NCBI GenBank assembly: GCA_032117235.1
Contig: JAULZW010000003.1
Coordinates: 2,798-66,797 of the forward strand
Direction: 5' to 3'
Source of the DNA: Minisyncoccota bacterium
GTDB lineage: Bacteria; Patescibacteriota; Minisyncoccia; SW-4-49-11
DNA: 64,000 nt
Shown here piece after piece: positions 49,453 through 58,652 of the stretch. The stretch's first letter is position 1; each line of letters begins with the position of its first letter. The notes beneath the pieces are model-generated. The model had not been told where the DNA came from. It was given only the letters and a program-made list of their open reading frames with translations, and made no database searches. Position numbers and translations under genes: made by a program.

Positions 49453-50976
49453 TTAAGCAGTCTTTTCTCTGTACTGTAAAGCTTCAGCAATATGATTAAT
49501 TTTAATATCTTTAGAATTAGATAAATCAGCAATAGTTCTAGAAATTTTCAGAATTCTATTATAAGCTCTAGCAGATAAATTCATTTTACTGACAGCTTGA
49601 GATAAAAGTTGCTGAGATGCTTTATCCAAAATGCAAATCTCTTGAATTTGTTTTATATTCATTGCACTATTAGTTTTTATATCTAAATCTTGAAATCTCT
49701 GCCTTTGAATTTCTCTTGCATTTTCAACTCTTTGTCTAATTACTTCTGATGATTCTTCTAGTACTTCAGATGGTTGAATTAATTCTTCAGTTTTAACTTT
49801 TTCTATATTTATAATCATATCTATTCTATCCAAAAGTGGTCCTGATATTTTTTGCTGATATCTTACAATTTGAGCTTGGGAACAGATACACTCTCTATCA
49901 TTATCCGTAAGATATCCACAAGGACAAGGATTTTGGCTAGCAATAAGCATAAAGTCAGCAGGAAAAGTTAGCGATCCTTGGGCTCTAGAAATAGTTATAA
50001 TTCTATCTTCTAATGGTTGGCGTAAACTTTCTAAGACTAATCGCGGAAACTCTGGAAATTCGTCCATATAGAGTACTCCACGATGAGCAAGACTAATTTC
50101 TCCCGGTTTAGGAAAACTCCCGCCTCCGATTAAAGAAATAGATGATGCGGTATGGTGTGGTGCTCTAAATGGACGATTAAGAATTAATGGTTGCTCACTA
50201 TTTAAACTCCCTGCAATACTATAAAGCTGTGATACTTCTAAAACTTCATCCCTATCCATCATTGGTAAAATTGTAGGGATTGTCCTAGATAATAAAGTTT
50301 TGCCAGCTCCTGGTGGGCCAGTCATAAGGACATTGTGAGCTCCAGCAGCCGATATTTCTAAGGCTCTTTTAGCTAATTTTTGTCCCCTAATATAGGCCAT
50401 ATCTATATCACTCGTATGAAAAGTTGGCACAAAATCATACGAAGCGGTTGGTGTAATTGTGTTTGAAACTTTAGTATCAAAATGGTCTAAAACTTCTTGA
50501 ATGTGATTGATGGCAAGAATATTAATCCCTTCAACTAAAGAAGCCTCCTTAGCATTACTTGCTGGAATAATTAAATTTGGTATACCTTGCTCTTTAGAAT
50601 AAACTGTAATAGGCAAAATTCCCTGCACTGCTCTTATACTACCGTCTAAACCTAATTCTCCCAGAATTACATAATCTTTTTCTGGAAATTGAATTAACTC
50701 TAAAGCCTTCAAAATTGCAATTGCCATGGGTAAATCATAAGCAGTTCCGATTTTTTTGACTTCCGCTGGTGCTAGATTTAAGACAAATCTCTTTTGGGGA
50801 AGAACAATGCCACTATTTTTTAACCCCAATCTAATTCTTTCTTTAGCTTCATTGATAGCTGTATCTGGTAACCCAACAATAGTGATTCCAGGTAAACCCT
50901 GAGTCATATCTACTTCAATCTCTATTTTTTTACCATTAAGTCCAAGAGTTGAAGCTGATTGTACTCTAGATAACAT
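49453..50976 (-). CDS. comM: ComM/YifB Mg-chelatase-like ATPase
   Basis: VGLPD, NLAPA, GPPGAGKT, PFRAPHH, GEISLAHRGVL, NPCPCG. Confidence 0.95.
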   Translation of the reverse strand: MLSRVQSASTLGLNGKKIEIEVDMTQGLPGITIVGLPDTAINEAKERIRLGLKNSGIVLPQKRFVLNLAPAEVKKIGTAYDLPMAIAILKALELIQFPEKDYVILGELGLDGSIRAVQGILPITVYSKEQGIPNLIIPASNAKEASLVEGINILAINHIQEVLDHFDTKVSNTITPTASYDFVPTFHTSDIDMAYIRGQKLAKRALEISAAGAHNVLMTGPPGAGKTLLSRTIPTILPMMDRDEVLEVSQLYSIAGSLNSEQPLILNRPFRAPHHTASSISLIGGGSFPKPGEISLAHRGVLYMDEFPEFPRLVLESLRQPLEDRIITISRAQGSLTFPADFMLIASQNPCPCGYLTDNDRECICSQAQIVRYQQKISGPLLDRIDMIINIEKVKTEELIQPSEVLEESSEVIRQRVENAREIQRQRFQDLDIKTNSAMNIKQIQEICILDKASQQLLSQAVSKMNLSARAYNRILKISRTIADLSNSKDIKINHIAEALQYREKTA

Positions 50977-50980
50977 AAAT

Positions 50981-52090
50981 TTAATCTCGAATAGGCATTA
51001 TTAGATAGTAAAAGTCTGGAGTGTCATCACTTTTCAAAATTACGGGAGAATCCGTATCGTTGAGATGAAATTGAATTGAACCTTCTTTGAATAATTGTAT
51101 TCCATCTAAAAGATAGTTATAATTAAAAGTAATTGTAATACCAGTATCTCCATTTATATGAACTGGTATTTTAGTTTTATTAGAACCAGTTTGAGAATCT
51201 GAGGAACTAACATTCAAGTTTTTATCATCTTGTAAATTTAATTTTACATCATTTACTGCATTTTGAGAAAATACAGAAGCTAATTTAATAGCTTGTACTA
51301 ATTCTTGACTATCACAATCAAAATTAGTTTTAAAGTTTTGAGGAATCAACCCTTCATATTGAGGAAAATTACCATCAATTAATTTAGAAACTATTTCAAC
51401 TGTATCAGCAACTAATTTAATTTGAGAAGCTCCAAATTGAATATTAACATTAGTTTCCTCTACTGCATCCAAAACTCGAATAATCTCAGCTACGGTTTTA
51501 CTAGGAATAATCACAGAAAAATTATCTCCTTCCAAATTATTTAGATTAACTTTTTTCTCACTTAATCTAAAACCGTCTGTACCTACAAAAATTAATTGAT
51601 TATCTTTTTTAGCTAAATAAACACCGGCAATTTCTGGACGGAATTCATTTTTAGGCAAAGACCCATAAACTGATTTAAAACCTTGTTTCAAATCAGTGCT
51701 AGTAATACTGATTTGATTTTCTAATTCTATTTCTGGTAAATTAGGAAAATCTTCAGCAATAATTCCCTTGAATTGAGCTTGAATATCTTGTCCTTGTTCA
51801 ATTGTCAATTCATCATTTTCTACACTCAAATTCAATTTATCCTGTGGTAGGTTTCTAATATAAGCAAGTAAAGTATCTTGAGGGATACAAATTGCCCCTT
51901 CAGAGTCCTCTTTACCACGAATATGAACTCTTATTCCAATTTCAAGATTAGTTGAGCTTATTGTAAGCGATCCTTGCTTACCTTGTAATAAAAAAGTTTG
52001 TAAAACTGGTAAGGTTGTAGCTCGTGAAGAACTCTGACGAGCTATATTCAAACCTTTTAGTAAATTTTCTTGCAAACAGGTAAATTTCAT
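50981..52090 (-). CDS. dnaN: DNA polymerase III beta clamp
   Basis: TNLEIGI, GTDGFRLSE, GNFPQY, FNYNYLLD, LIMPIR. Confidence 0.97.
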   Translation of the reverse strand: MKFTCLQENLLKGLNIARQSSSRATTLPVLQTFLLQGKQGSLTISSTNLEIGIRVHIRGKEDSEGAICIPQDTLLAYIRNLPQDKLNLSVENDELTIEQGQDIQAQFKGIIAEDFPNLPEIELENQISITSTDLKQGFKSVYGSLPKNEFRPEIAGVYLAKKDNQLIFVGTDGFRLSEKKVNLNNLEGDNFSVIIPSKTVAEIIRVLDAVEETNVNIQFGASQIKLVADTVEIVSKLIDGNFPQYEGLIPQNFKTNFDCDSQELVQAIKLASVFSQNAVNDVKLNLQDDKNLNVSSSDSQTGSNKTKIPVHINGDTGITITFNYNYLLDGIQLFKEGSIQFHLNDTDSPVILKSDDTPDFYYLIMPIRD

Positions 52091-52139
52091 ATCTTATCTA
52101 TCTTAAACTATACTTTAATTATACCCTGAATAATTTGTT

Positions 52140-52397
52140 TTTACTAGATTTGTATTTTTTGTTCTTTATTTATTATATATATAATAGTAGATAGTAGTAT
52201 CTGTGGAAAAGCTTAAAACTGGTTTTTACCCGCATAAATAGTGTATGTCAAGTGGGGATATCATTTGGGATAAGTATCTGTAAACTTTGGGGATAAGATT
52301 ATATGTAGAAAATCTCTGTGGATTAAGTTCTATTTATACACAATATTATTCACAGAAATAGAGGGATTCTGTATAAGTTATACACAGGTTATACACA
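52140..52397. other. Replication origin oriC (DnaA boxes, DnaA-trios, AT-rich DUE)
   Basis: Boxes TGTGGAAAA 52202, TGGGGATAA 52288, TGTGGATTA 52317, TTATACACA 52334/52378/52389, TTATTCACA 52346; TAG-type repeats 52182-52200; located between dnaA and dnaN. Confidence 0.88.
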
Positions 52398-52425
52398 ATG
52401 GTAAAATATAATGTAAATAAACGAT

Positions 52426-52468
52426 TGTCCTCCTTAGGAGGAGGTGGCACGAAGTGCCGGAGGTGGAT
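52426..52468 (-). repeat. Double-hairpin repeat copy G
   Basis: Minus strand ATCCACCTCCGGCACTTCGTGCCACCTCCTCCTAAGGAGGACA. Confidence 0.85.
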
Positions 52469-52530
52469 AGAGATAAAAGTTATTTATATTTTCTAATAAT
52501 ATTAAATTTTAGAATATGGACTTACTTTTA

Positions 52531-52591
52531 CCCACCCCCGCCTTTCAGGCTTCCCCCCTCCCTGCCTACCGCAGGCAGGCAAAGGGGGACA
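52531..52591 (+). repeat. Double-hairpin repeat copy H with nested 19-nt palindrome
   Basis: CCCACCCCCGCCTTTCAGGCTTCCCCCCTC[CCTGCCTACCGCAGGCAGG]CAAAGGGGGACA. Confidence 0.8.
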
Positions 52592-52760
52592 AAAACATAA
52601 TGTCACAACTATAAAAAATATAAAATCATAACAAAATATAATAATAAATTAATTAATAATGCTATAGACAATAGTAAATGTTAAAAATAAATAACAACAA
52701 CTATTGACGAAATTAGGAAAATGTGGTATATATAGTTTTGTAAACATCGCCGATTTTTCC

Positions 52761-52976
52761 ATGGACGAATCAACCGAAACTGAATTTCTTTCACTGACCA
52801 GCCATGACGGGCCTGTCTACATTCGACCAGATCTGATAGTGGCTGTTTCAGAATAATATGTCGGCGGTTCGAACAACAGGACCAGGATAGATTTAAGCAC
52901 AGGGTCATCTGTTTTGGTAACACAACCAGGCGAGTCTATAATGAGAGCAATAAATGCAAAAATTGTTGAGGTATAA
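52761..52976 (+). pseudogene. FlbD-like small protein with internal TAA (52854-52856)
   Basis: MDESTETEFLSLTSHDGPVYIRPDLIVAVSE*YVGGSNNRTRIDLSTGSSVLVTQPGESIMRAINAKIVEV; TTGACG upstream, terminator at about 53017-53047. Confidence 0.55.
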
Positions 52977-53101
52977 ACAATTCATTCATTTAAATCCATA
53001 TTTTAAACTCTCCCTACACTCCTTCCATCTTGGTCGGAGTGTTTTTTGTTTAATATATTAAGTCAATTAGTAGTTTTATGTAAGTATAACGCTACTAATC
53101 C

Positions 53102-54541
53102 CTAAGAATTTACCGGATTTTCTTCATTATAGAGTTTATTTTTAATCATAGTAATATCCTGCTCCAAAGTATAGTTGGAAATTAATTCTTTTTTGATCTT
53201 ATTCCAAGCATGCATAACCGTACTATGATCTTTACCACCTAAAGCCTCACCAATATTAGGAAAGGTTAATTTCAACTCTTCACGGATTAAATACATAGCA
53301 ATTTGGCGTGGTACAGCAATATCTTTTTTACGGCTTTTAGATAATATATCCTCTTTTTTAATATTAAAGTGCCCAGAAACAATTTCCAAAATCATATCTA
53401 TATTTACAATTCTTTGAGAGTGAATTTGACCACCTTCAATCAGTTTATCTACCAATTCAGGAGTAATTTTAGTATTAAGTAACTGTACTCTAGCAATAAT
53501 TTTATTTAAAGCACCTTCTAACTCTCGCACATTGCTTTTGATTCTCTCAGCAATAACATAAATAATCTCGTCATCTAAATCAAAATGTTTTTGAATACAT
53601 TTGCTTTTCAAAATAGCCACTCTAGTTTCAAATTCAGGAATAGCTACATCCACAATCATTCCACCTTCAAAGCGAGATTTTAATCTATCATTAAGGGTTT
53701 TAATAGCACTAGGTGGTCTATCGCTAGTAAAAACAATTTGTTTATTATGAGCATATAATTCATTAAAAGTATTAAAAACCTCATATTGAGTGGCCTCTTT
53801 CCCTCCAATAAATTGAATATCGTCAATTATTAGCAAGTCCACCGCTCTATGCCTAGCTTTAAAGTCATCCATTTTCCCATTTTTGAGAGAATTCATCAAA
53901 TCTGAGATAAAAACATCCGAAGTTACATACAGAATATTTTTATTATTCTTCACCAATTTATTAGCAATAGCTTGAATCAAATGAGTTTTACCAAGTCCCA
54001 CACCACCATAAATAAATAAAGGATTATATCTAGTACCAGGCTCATTTGCTACCGATTGAGCAGCAGCATGAGCGAGTTCATTAGATGAACCTACAATAAA
54101 GTTTTCAAAAGTATAATTGTCTTTTAATAAAGAAATTCCAGTTGATTTTGTGACTTTTACAAAATTATTATTAGTCTCAGAAGTAAAGCTACCATTAGCT
54201 ATATTGACTTCAGACAGAGCTTCTCTCTGAGATTGAAGCTCCTGATCCTTTAGATTAATAACTGATTTAATAGATTTAGAGTTTGTTTTTTGGTTATTTT
54301 TAACTACATATCTAACTTTTTTTACCGAACCAGTAATTTTTTGAATAGAATTAAGAATAGTAAGGTTGAATTTATTTTCTAGCCAATTACGAGTAAAAGC
54401 ACTAGGAACACAAATTACAATCTCACTTTCATCCATACTAATAGGATAAGTGTTTTTAATCCAGGTATTAAATTGAGGTTTACTAATATTAAGTTCTATT
54501 TCACCTAATACAGAATTCCAAACTCTTTGTTTCTCGTCCAT
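53102..54541 (-). CDS. dnaA: Chromosomal replication initiator DnaA
   Basis: YTFENFIVG, YNPLFIYGGVGLGKTH, IDDIQF, SRFEGG, DHSTVMHA. Confidence 0.98.
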   Translation of the reverse strand: MDEKQRVWNSVLGEIELNISKPQFNTWIKNTYPISMDESEIVICVPSAFTRNWLENKFNLTILNSIQKITGSVKKVRYVVKNNQKTNSKSIKSVINLKDQELQSQREALSEVNIANGSFTSETNNNFVKVTKSTGISLLKDNYTFENFIVGSSNELAHAAAQSVANEPGTRYNPLFIYGGVGLGKTHLIQAIANKLVKNNKNILYVTSDVFISDLMNSLKNGKMDDFKARHRAVDLLIIDDIQFIGGKEATQYEVFNTFNELYAHNKQIVFTSDRPPSAIKTLNDRLKSRFEGGMIVDVAIPEFETRVAILKSKCIQKHFDLDDEIIYVIAERIKSNVRELEGALNKIIARVQLLNTKITPELVDKLIEGGQIHSQRIVNIDMILEIVSGHFNIKKEDILSKSRKKDIAVPRQIAMYLIREELKLTFPNIGEALGGKDHSTVMHAWNKIKKELISNYTLEQDITMIKNKLYNEENPVNS

Positions 54542-54572
54542 TGCAATCGTCTAATTGATGATGTTTATAAAC

Positions 54573-54581
54573 TGTGGATAA
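54573..54581. promoter_or_regulatory. DnaA box upstream of dnaA
   Basis: TGTGGATAA (perfect box) about 30 nt upstream of the dnaA start. Confidence 0.75.
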
Positions 54582-54715
54582 GTTGATTTCATTATACTCT
54601 ATTAGAGAATTTTTGCAAAGATACCCCTATTAAAGATTGAGTATTAGCTATAGTTCACTTTTATTTCACTTTTGAGATTAAAGAAAAAAATCCTAGCATT
54701 TCACTAGGATTTTAA

Positions 54716-54856
54716 TTAGGGATATCGTTCTTTTAAGATGCTATCTAGATTGTGTGTAAGTTCTTTTTTATACTTTTCTTCAAAATCAGGGTGCCTAGAT
54801 TCAGGCATTCCTTCTTTAAGATGCAAATCATTTTCTTCTAACAAAGGATTTAACAT
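54716..54856 (-). CDS. Putative 46-aa small protein (not in ORF track)
   Basis: MLNPLLEENDLHLKEGMPESRHPDFEEKYKKELTHNLDSILKERYP; hairpin terminator at 54684-54713. Confidence 0.45.
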   Translation of the reverse strand: MLNPLLEENDLHLKEGMPESRHPDFEEKYKKELTHNLDSILKERYP

Positions 54857-55039
54857 GTATGCATTTTGTTAAATTTTCAAAATAACAATAACATAAAAAT
54901 ATAATTTTAGCAAGTAGATGCTTCTCTTAAGAGTTACAATATAGTTAATTGTATTTTATATAAATCATATTAGATGACTTTTCCGTGTCCCATACTATAT
55001 ATCTATATAAAACAAATACTTCATACTTGTTACCAAACC

Positions 55040-55068
55040 TTGACTTTATGATTAAGATAGTTTATAAT
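55040..55068 (+). promoter_or_regulatory. Promoter of rpmH-rnpA-yidC
   Basis: TTGACT-17 nt-TATAAT. Confidence 0.7.
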
Positions 55069-55094
55069 ACTCTTTAATTATGTATTTATAAATT

Positions 55095-55229
55095 ATGATA
55101 AAGGGAGCAGCAAGTAAGAATCGTAAAAGAAATCGCCGTCACGGATTTTTGTCTCGTATGGCTACCAAAGCGGGAAGAGCTGTAATTAATCGACGAAGAG
55201 CTAGAGGAAGATCTAAGCTTTCTGTTTAA
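55095..55229 (+). CDS. rpmH: 50S ribosomal protein L34 (not in ORF track)
   Basis: [44 protein letters not shown]; canonical position. Confidence 0.95.
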   Translation: MIKGAASKNRKRNRRHGFLSRMATKAGRAVINRRRARGRSKLSV

Positions 55230-55260
55230 TTTTTTATACAAATAAAATAAATCTTTTTTA

Positions 55261-55581
55261 ATGCAAAGGCTTCATCAGGAATCAGATATAGCCACTATGT
55301 TTGCTCAGGTAAAACCTCAATATCTGGACAAATTTCAGATATATTGCAATCCTAACAACCTATCTGACCATAGATTAGGAGTAATTATTGCAAAAAAAAA
55401 TATTCCTCTAGCAGTGAAGCGTAATCGTCTCAAAAGACAAGTTAGAGAATTATGTCGCAGAAGTCTTATTACAAAAAACAACAAATATGATATACTTGTA
55501 CTAGTGCGGACTAAAATCACTGATCAAAATAAAGCTGATTTTTTACATCAACTGCATAATTATATTAATAATTTAAATTAA
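55261..55581 (+). CDS. rnpA: Ribonuclease P protein component
   Basis: RLGVIIAKK...AVKRNRLKRQVRE. Confidence 0.93.
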   Translation: MQRLHQESDIATMFAQVKPQYLDKFQIYCNPNNLSDHRLGVIIAKKNIPLAVKRNRLKRQVRELCRRSLITKNNKYDILVLVRTKITDQNKADFLHQLHNYINNLN

Positions 55582-55590
55582 CAATCTGCT

Positions 55591-56349
55591 ATGGGATGGC
55601 TATTCAATGAAGTATTATATCGACCTTTGTTTAATTCTATGGTGTTTTTCTATAACACTATTCCGGGAGCTAATATTGGTTTAGCGATTATACTTACTAC
55701 CCTTTTGGTTCGAATTTTAATGATACCATTATATCGAGCTAGTATCAAAAGTCAGCGAGAAATTACTATTATACAGCCTATAATTAAAGAGCTACAGGTA
55801 AAATATAAAGATGATAAACAAAAGCTCTCCGAGGAGTTAATGAAAGCCTATAAAGAGCATAATGTAAATCCATTTGCGGGAATAGTATTATTATTAGTGC
55901 AACTCCCTGTACTTATTGCTATTTATCAGGTCTCTCTTAATTTATTTAAATCAGAAACCTATCCCGCCCTTTATTCTTTTGTCACTTTACCAGAAAATGG
56001 GTTTAGTACCTTAATATTTGGTGTTTTGAATATAGCTGATACAAAGAATATTATATTGGCTCTTCTCGTTGGTATATCTCAATATTATCAGATTAAGCTG
56101 ATTATGAAGCGAACTCAACCCAAAAAAGTTGAAAATAAGAAAAAGAAAAAATCTGACAAACCAGAAGAGCCAGATTTTGCAACTATACTCAATAAACAAA
56201 TGTTATTCTTAATGCCGGTACTCGTAACAGTATTTGCTTATTCACTCCCAGCATCTATGAGTCTATATTGGATTACTACAACCGTATTCACAATAGTACA
56301 AGAATTTTTCCTTATAAAAAAAGTTGACAAAGCAGAGGGGGTAAAATAA
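55591..56349 (+). CDS. yidC: Membrane insertase YidC (short form)
   Basis: GLAIILTT, YKEHNVNPFAG, VQLPVL, LYWITT. Confidence 0.93.
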   Translation: MGWLFNEVLYRPLFNSMVFFYNTIPGANIGLAIILTTLLVRILMIPLYRASIKSQREITIIQPIIKELQVKYKDDKQKLSEELMKAYKEHNVNPFAGIVLLLVQLPVLIAIYQVSLNLFKSETYPALYSFVTLPENGFSTLIFGVLNIADTKNIILALLVGISQYYQIKLIMKRTQPKKVENKKKKKSDKPEEPDFATILNKQMLFLMPVLVTVFAYSLPASMSLYWITTTVFTIVQEFFLIKKVDKAEGVK

Positions 56350-56358
56350 TACTCATCT

Positions 56359-57789
56359 ATGACATTAAATAAGAAATTAGCCCTGAATAGTATTATCCAA
56401 ATTTTAGGTAAATTTGTGATGATAGTGGTTGGGTTTATTTCTATACGAATACTCACCACTACATTGGGAGTAGAAGGATTTGGAGCTTATATTACTATTA
56501 CGAGTTATCTCATTATCGCTAGCGTAATCGCTGAATATGGATTTAATGCACTTCTTACCACCGAAATCGCAGGCAAAGATGAGAAAGAAGCCGGACATAT
56601 TGTCAATAATTTATTCACCGCCCGCCTCGTAATGGCAATATCCATAATTGGGATATTTGCCTCTTTAGCAGTATGGCTTATCCCATCCTATTCTACTGAA
56701 GTGAAATGGCTAGTGGCTCTCGGGTCAATAGGAACAATAGGATCATCATTATCGCAGGTTTTGGTAGGAGTATTTCAGACCAAACTCCGTACAGACAAAA
56801 TTACCATAGGAGATTTTATTTCTCGAATAACATTAACAGTAGGAGTTATTCTCCTCGCTTTACTTGGTACGGTGAATTTATTCTGGGTAATGGTGATATA
56901 TAGCATAGCAGGAATAGCTCAGGCTATTTTTGTTATCACCGCTACCTACAAATATTATCCTCTCAAACTCGCTATAGATTGGCCTTATTGGAAATACATA
57001 TTCAAAAAAGCCTTTCCCCTTTTTATTATTATTACCTTTAATCTTATTTATTATCGAATAGATACTATAATGCTATCTGTGATGAAGGATCAAACAGCCG
57101 TAGGACTATATGGGGCTTCATATAAAGTTTTAGAAATATCAATAGCCATCCCAGGAATGTTTATGGGATTATTACTCCCCCTCTTTGCTAAATATTATAA
57201 ACAGGACAAAGAGAGATTTAAACATATATTCCAGCAAGCCTTTAATATACTTATCACCATCGCCATACCATTAAGTATAGGAGGGATATTATTATCTAGT
57301 AATATGTTAAGCCTTATCGCAGGATCAGAATTCCTCCCAGCTACCACCACATTACAAGTATTATTTGTGGGAATAGGTTTTATATTCCTTGGTAACCTTA
57401 TGGGACATATTCTGATAGGAGCCCAGTTCCAGAATAAAAGTATGTATATTGCAATAATTGGAGCATTCTTTAATGTGGGACTTAATCTTTATCTTATTCC
57501 TAAATATTCTTATCTTGGAGCCGCTATTGCCACCGCTATCACAGAAGGATTGGTACTCATTAGCTATATGTATCTGGTGAGGCGATATATACAATGGTTC
57601 CCACGATTTCAACTAGTACATATACTGGTTATCATCGCCACCACAATGATGGGTGTCGTATTATACTTTATCAGAGACTGGAATATTTTCTTCCAAAGCA
57701 TAATAGCAGTATTAGTATTTGGGTTTACTTTTCTTCACCTTGGAATTAATCGAATAAAACAGTATTATGTCATCAATATTCAAGAATAA
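56359..57789 (+). CDS. Wzx-like polysaccharide flippase
   Basis: LGVEGFG, YRIDTIML, VGLYGASYK, LIPKYSYLGAAIAT; many TM helices. Confidence 0.88.
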   Translation: MTLNKKLALNSIIQILGKFVMIVVGFISIRILTTTLGVEGFGAYITITSYLIIASVIAEYGFNALLTTEIAGKDEKEAGHIVNNLFTARLVMAISIIGIFASLAVWLIPSYSTEVKWLVALGSIGTIGSSLSQVLVGVFQTKLRTDKITIGDFISRITLTVGVILLALLGTVNLFWVMVIYSIAGIAQAIFVITATYKYYPLKLAIDWPYWKYIFKKAFPLFIIITFNLIYYRIDTIMLSVMKDQTAVGLYGASYKVLEISIAIPGMFMGLLLPLFAKYYKQDKERFKHIFQQAFNILITIAIPLSIGGILLSSNMLSLIAGSEFLPATTTLQVLFVGIGFIFLGNLMGHILIGAQFQNKSMYIAIIGAFFNVGLNLYLIPKYSYLGAAIATAITEGLVLISYMYLVRRYIQWFPRFQLVHILVIIATTMMGVVLYFIRDWNIFFQSIIAVLVFGFTFLHLGINRIKQYYVINIQE

Positions 57790-58579
57790 AACCATATCCT
57801 TCATAATAGTCTCATATAAGACTAAGCATTATCTTGAAGACTGTATAAAAGCTATAATCTCATCTACCACAGAAGAATATGAGATAATACTTGTCGAGAA
57901 TAATTCGGGAGAAAATCTCGATATCCTCCGAGACTTATCCACAAAAAGAATACATATTGTGTATTCTGATAAAAATGCTGGATTTGGTGCTGGAGTGAAT
58001 ATAGGCGCGACTAAAGCTATAGGAGATTGGCTGTGTTTTATTAACCCAGATACCAAGATACAAGGAGATATCCACATGATATCCACAATAAGTGAAAATA
58101 CAGGAATAATTGGACTCGCTCTCGTGGATAACAATACAAGAATACAAGCTTATCAGTATGGCAATTTCCCCACACCACAAAGTATAATCACCAATTCAGC
58201 TAAAAAGACCTGGCAAACACCTACAGAACAGACTATAAACACCGACTGGGTAAGTGGAGGCTCACTCTGTATAGAGACTGCCTTATTCCGTAAACTTGGA
58301 GGCTTTGATGAGCAATTCTTTATGTATTATGAAGATATAGATTTATGCCACCGAGCTAAACAAATAGGCAGAGATGTGCAGTGGACTCAACAAATCACCG
58401 TCTGGCATCAAGAAGGAGGATCAGAGAGCAATATTAAGAGAACCAAGGAGAGATATTATACCGCTCAGAGAAAATATATCGCCAAATGGTATGGCAGGTT
58501 TTGGAATCTTCTCCTTATGCCTATACATTTGGGGTTATTGTTGGGGGTAAGTAATATAAAACCTAATATAGATAAATAA
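57767..58579 (+). CDS. Glycosyltransferase family 2
   Basis: IIVSY, NAGFGAGVN, FINPD, GFDEQFFMYYEDIDLC. Confidence 0.92.
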   Translation: MSSIFKNKTISFIIVSYKTKHYLEDCIKAIISSTTEEYEIILVENNSGENLDILRDLSTKRIHIVYSDKNAGFGAGVNIGATKAIGDWLCFINPDTKIQGDIHMISTISENTGIIGLALVDNNTRIQAYQYGNFPTPQSIITNSAKKTWQTPTEQTINTDWVSGGSLCIETALFRKLGGFDEQFFMYYEDIDLCHRAKQIGRDVQWTQQITVWHQEGGSESNIKRTKERYYTAQRKYIAKWYGRFWNLLLMPIHLGLLLGVSNIKPNIDK

Positions 58580-58652
58580 GCTGAAATAATGTATAATATA
58601 TCTACTTATATACTTAATTAAAGTTAATATAATCAAAAATAAGTATAATATT

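Noticed and set aside
52681-52923. 80-aa minus-strand ORF in the ORF track
   Set aside because: Probably a shadow; promoter, terminator and protein-like pattern favour the plus-strand frame
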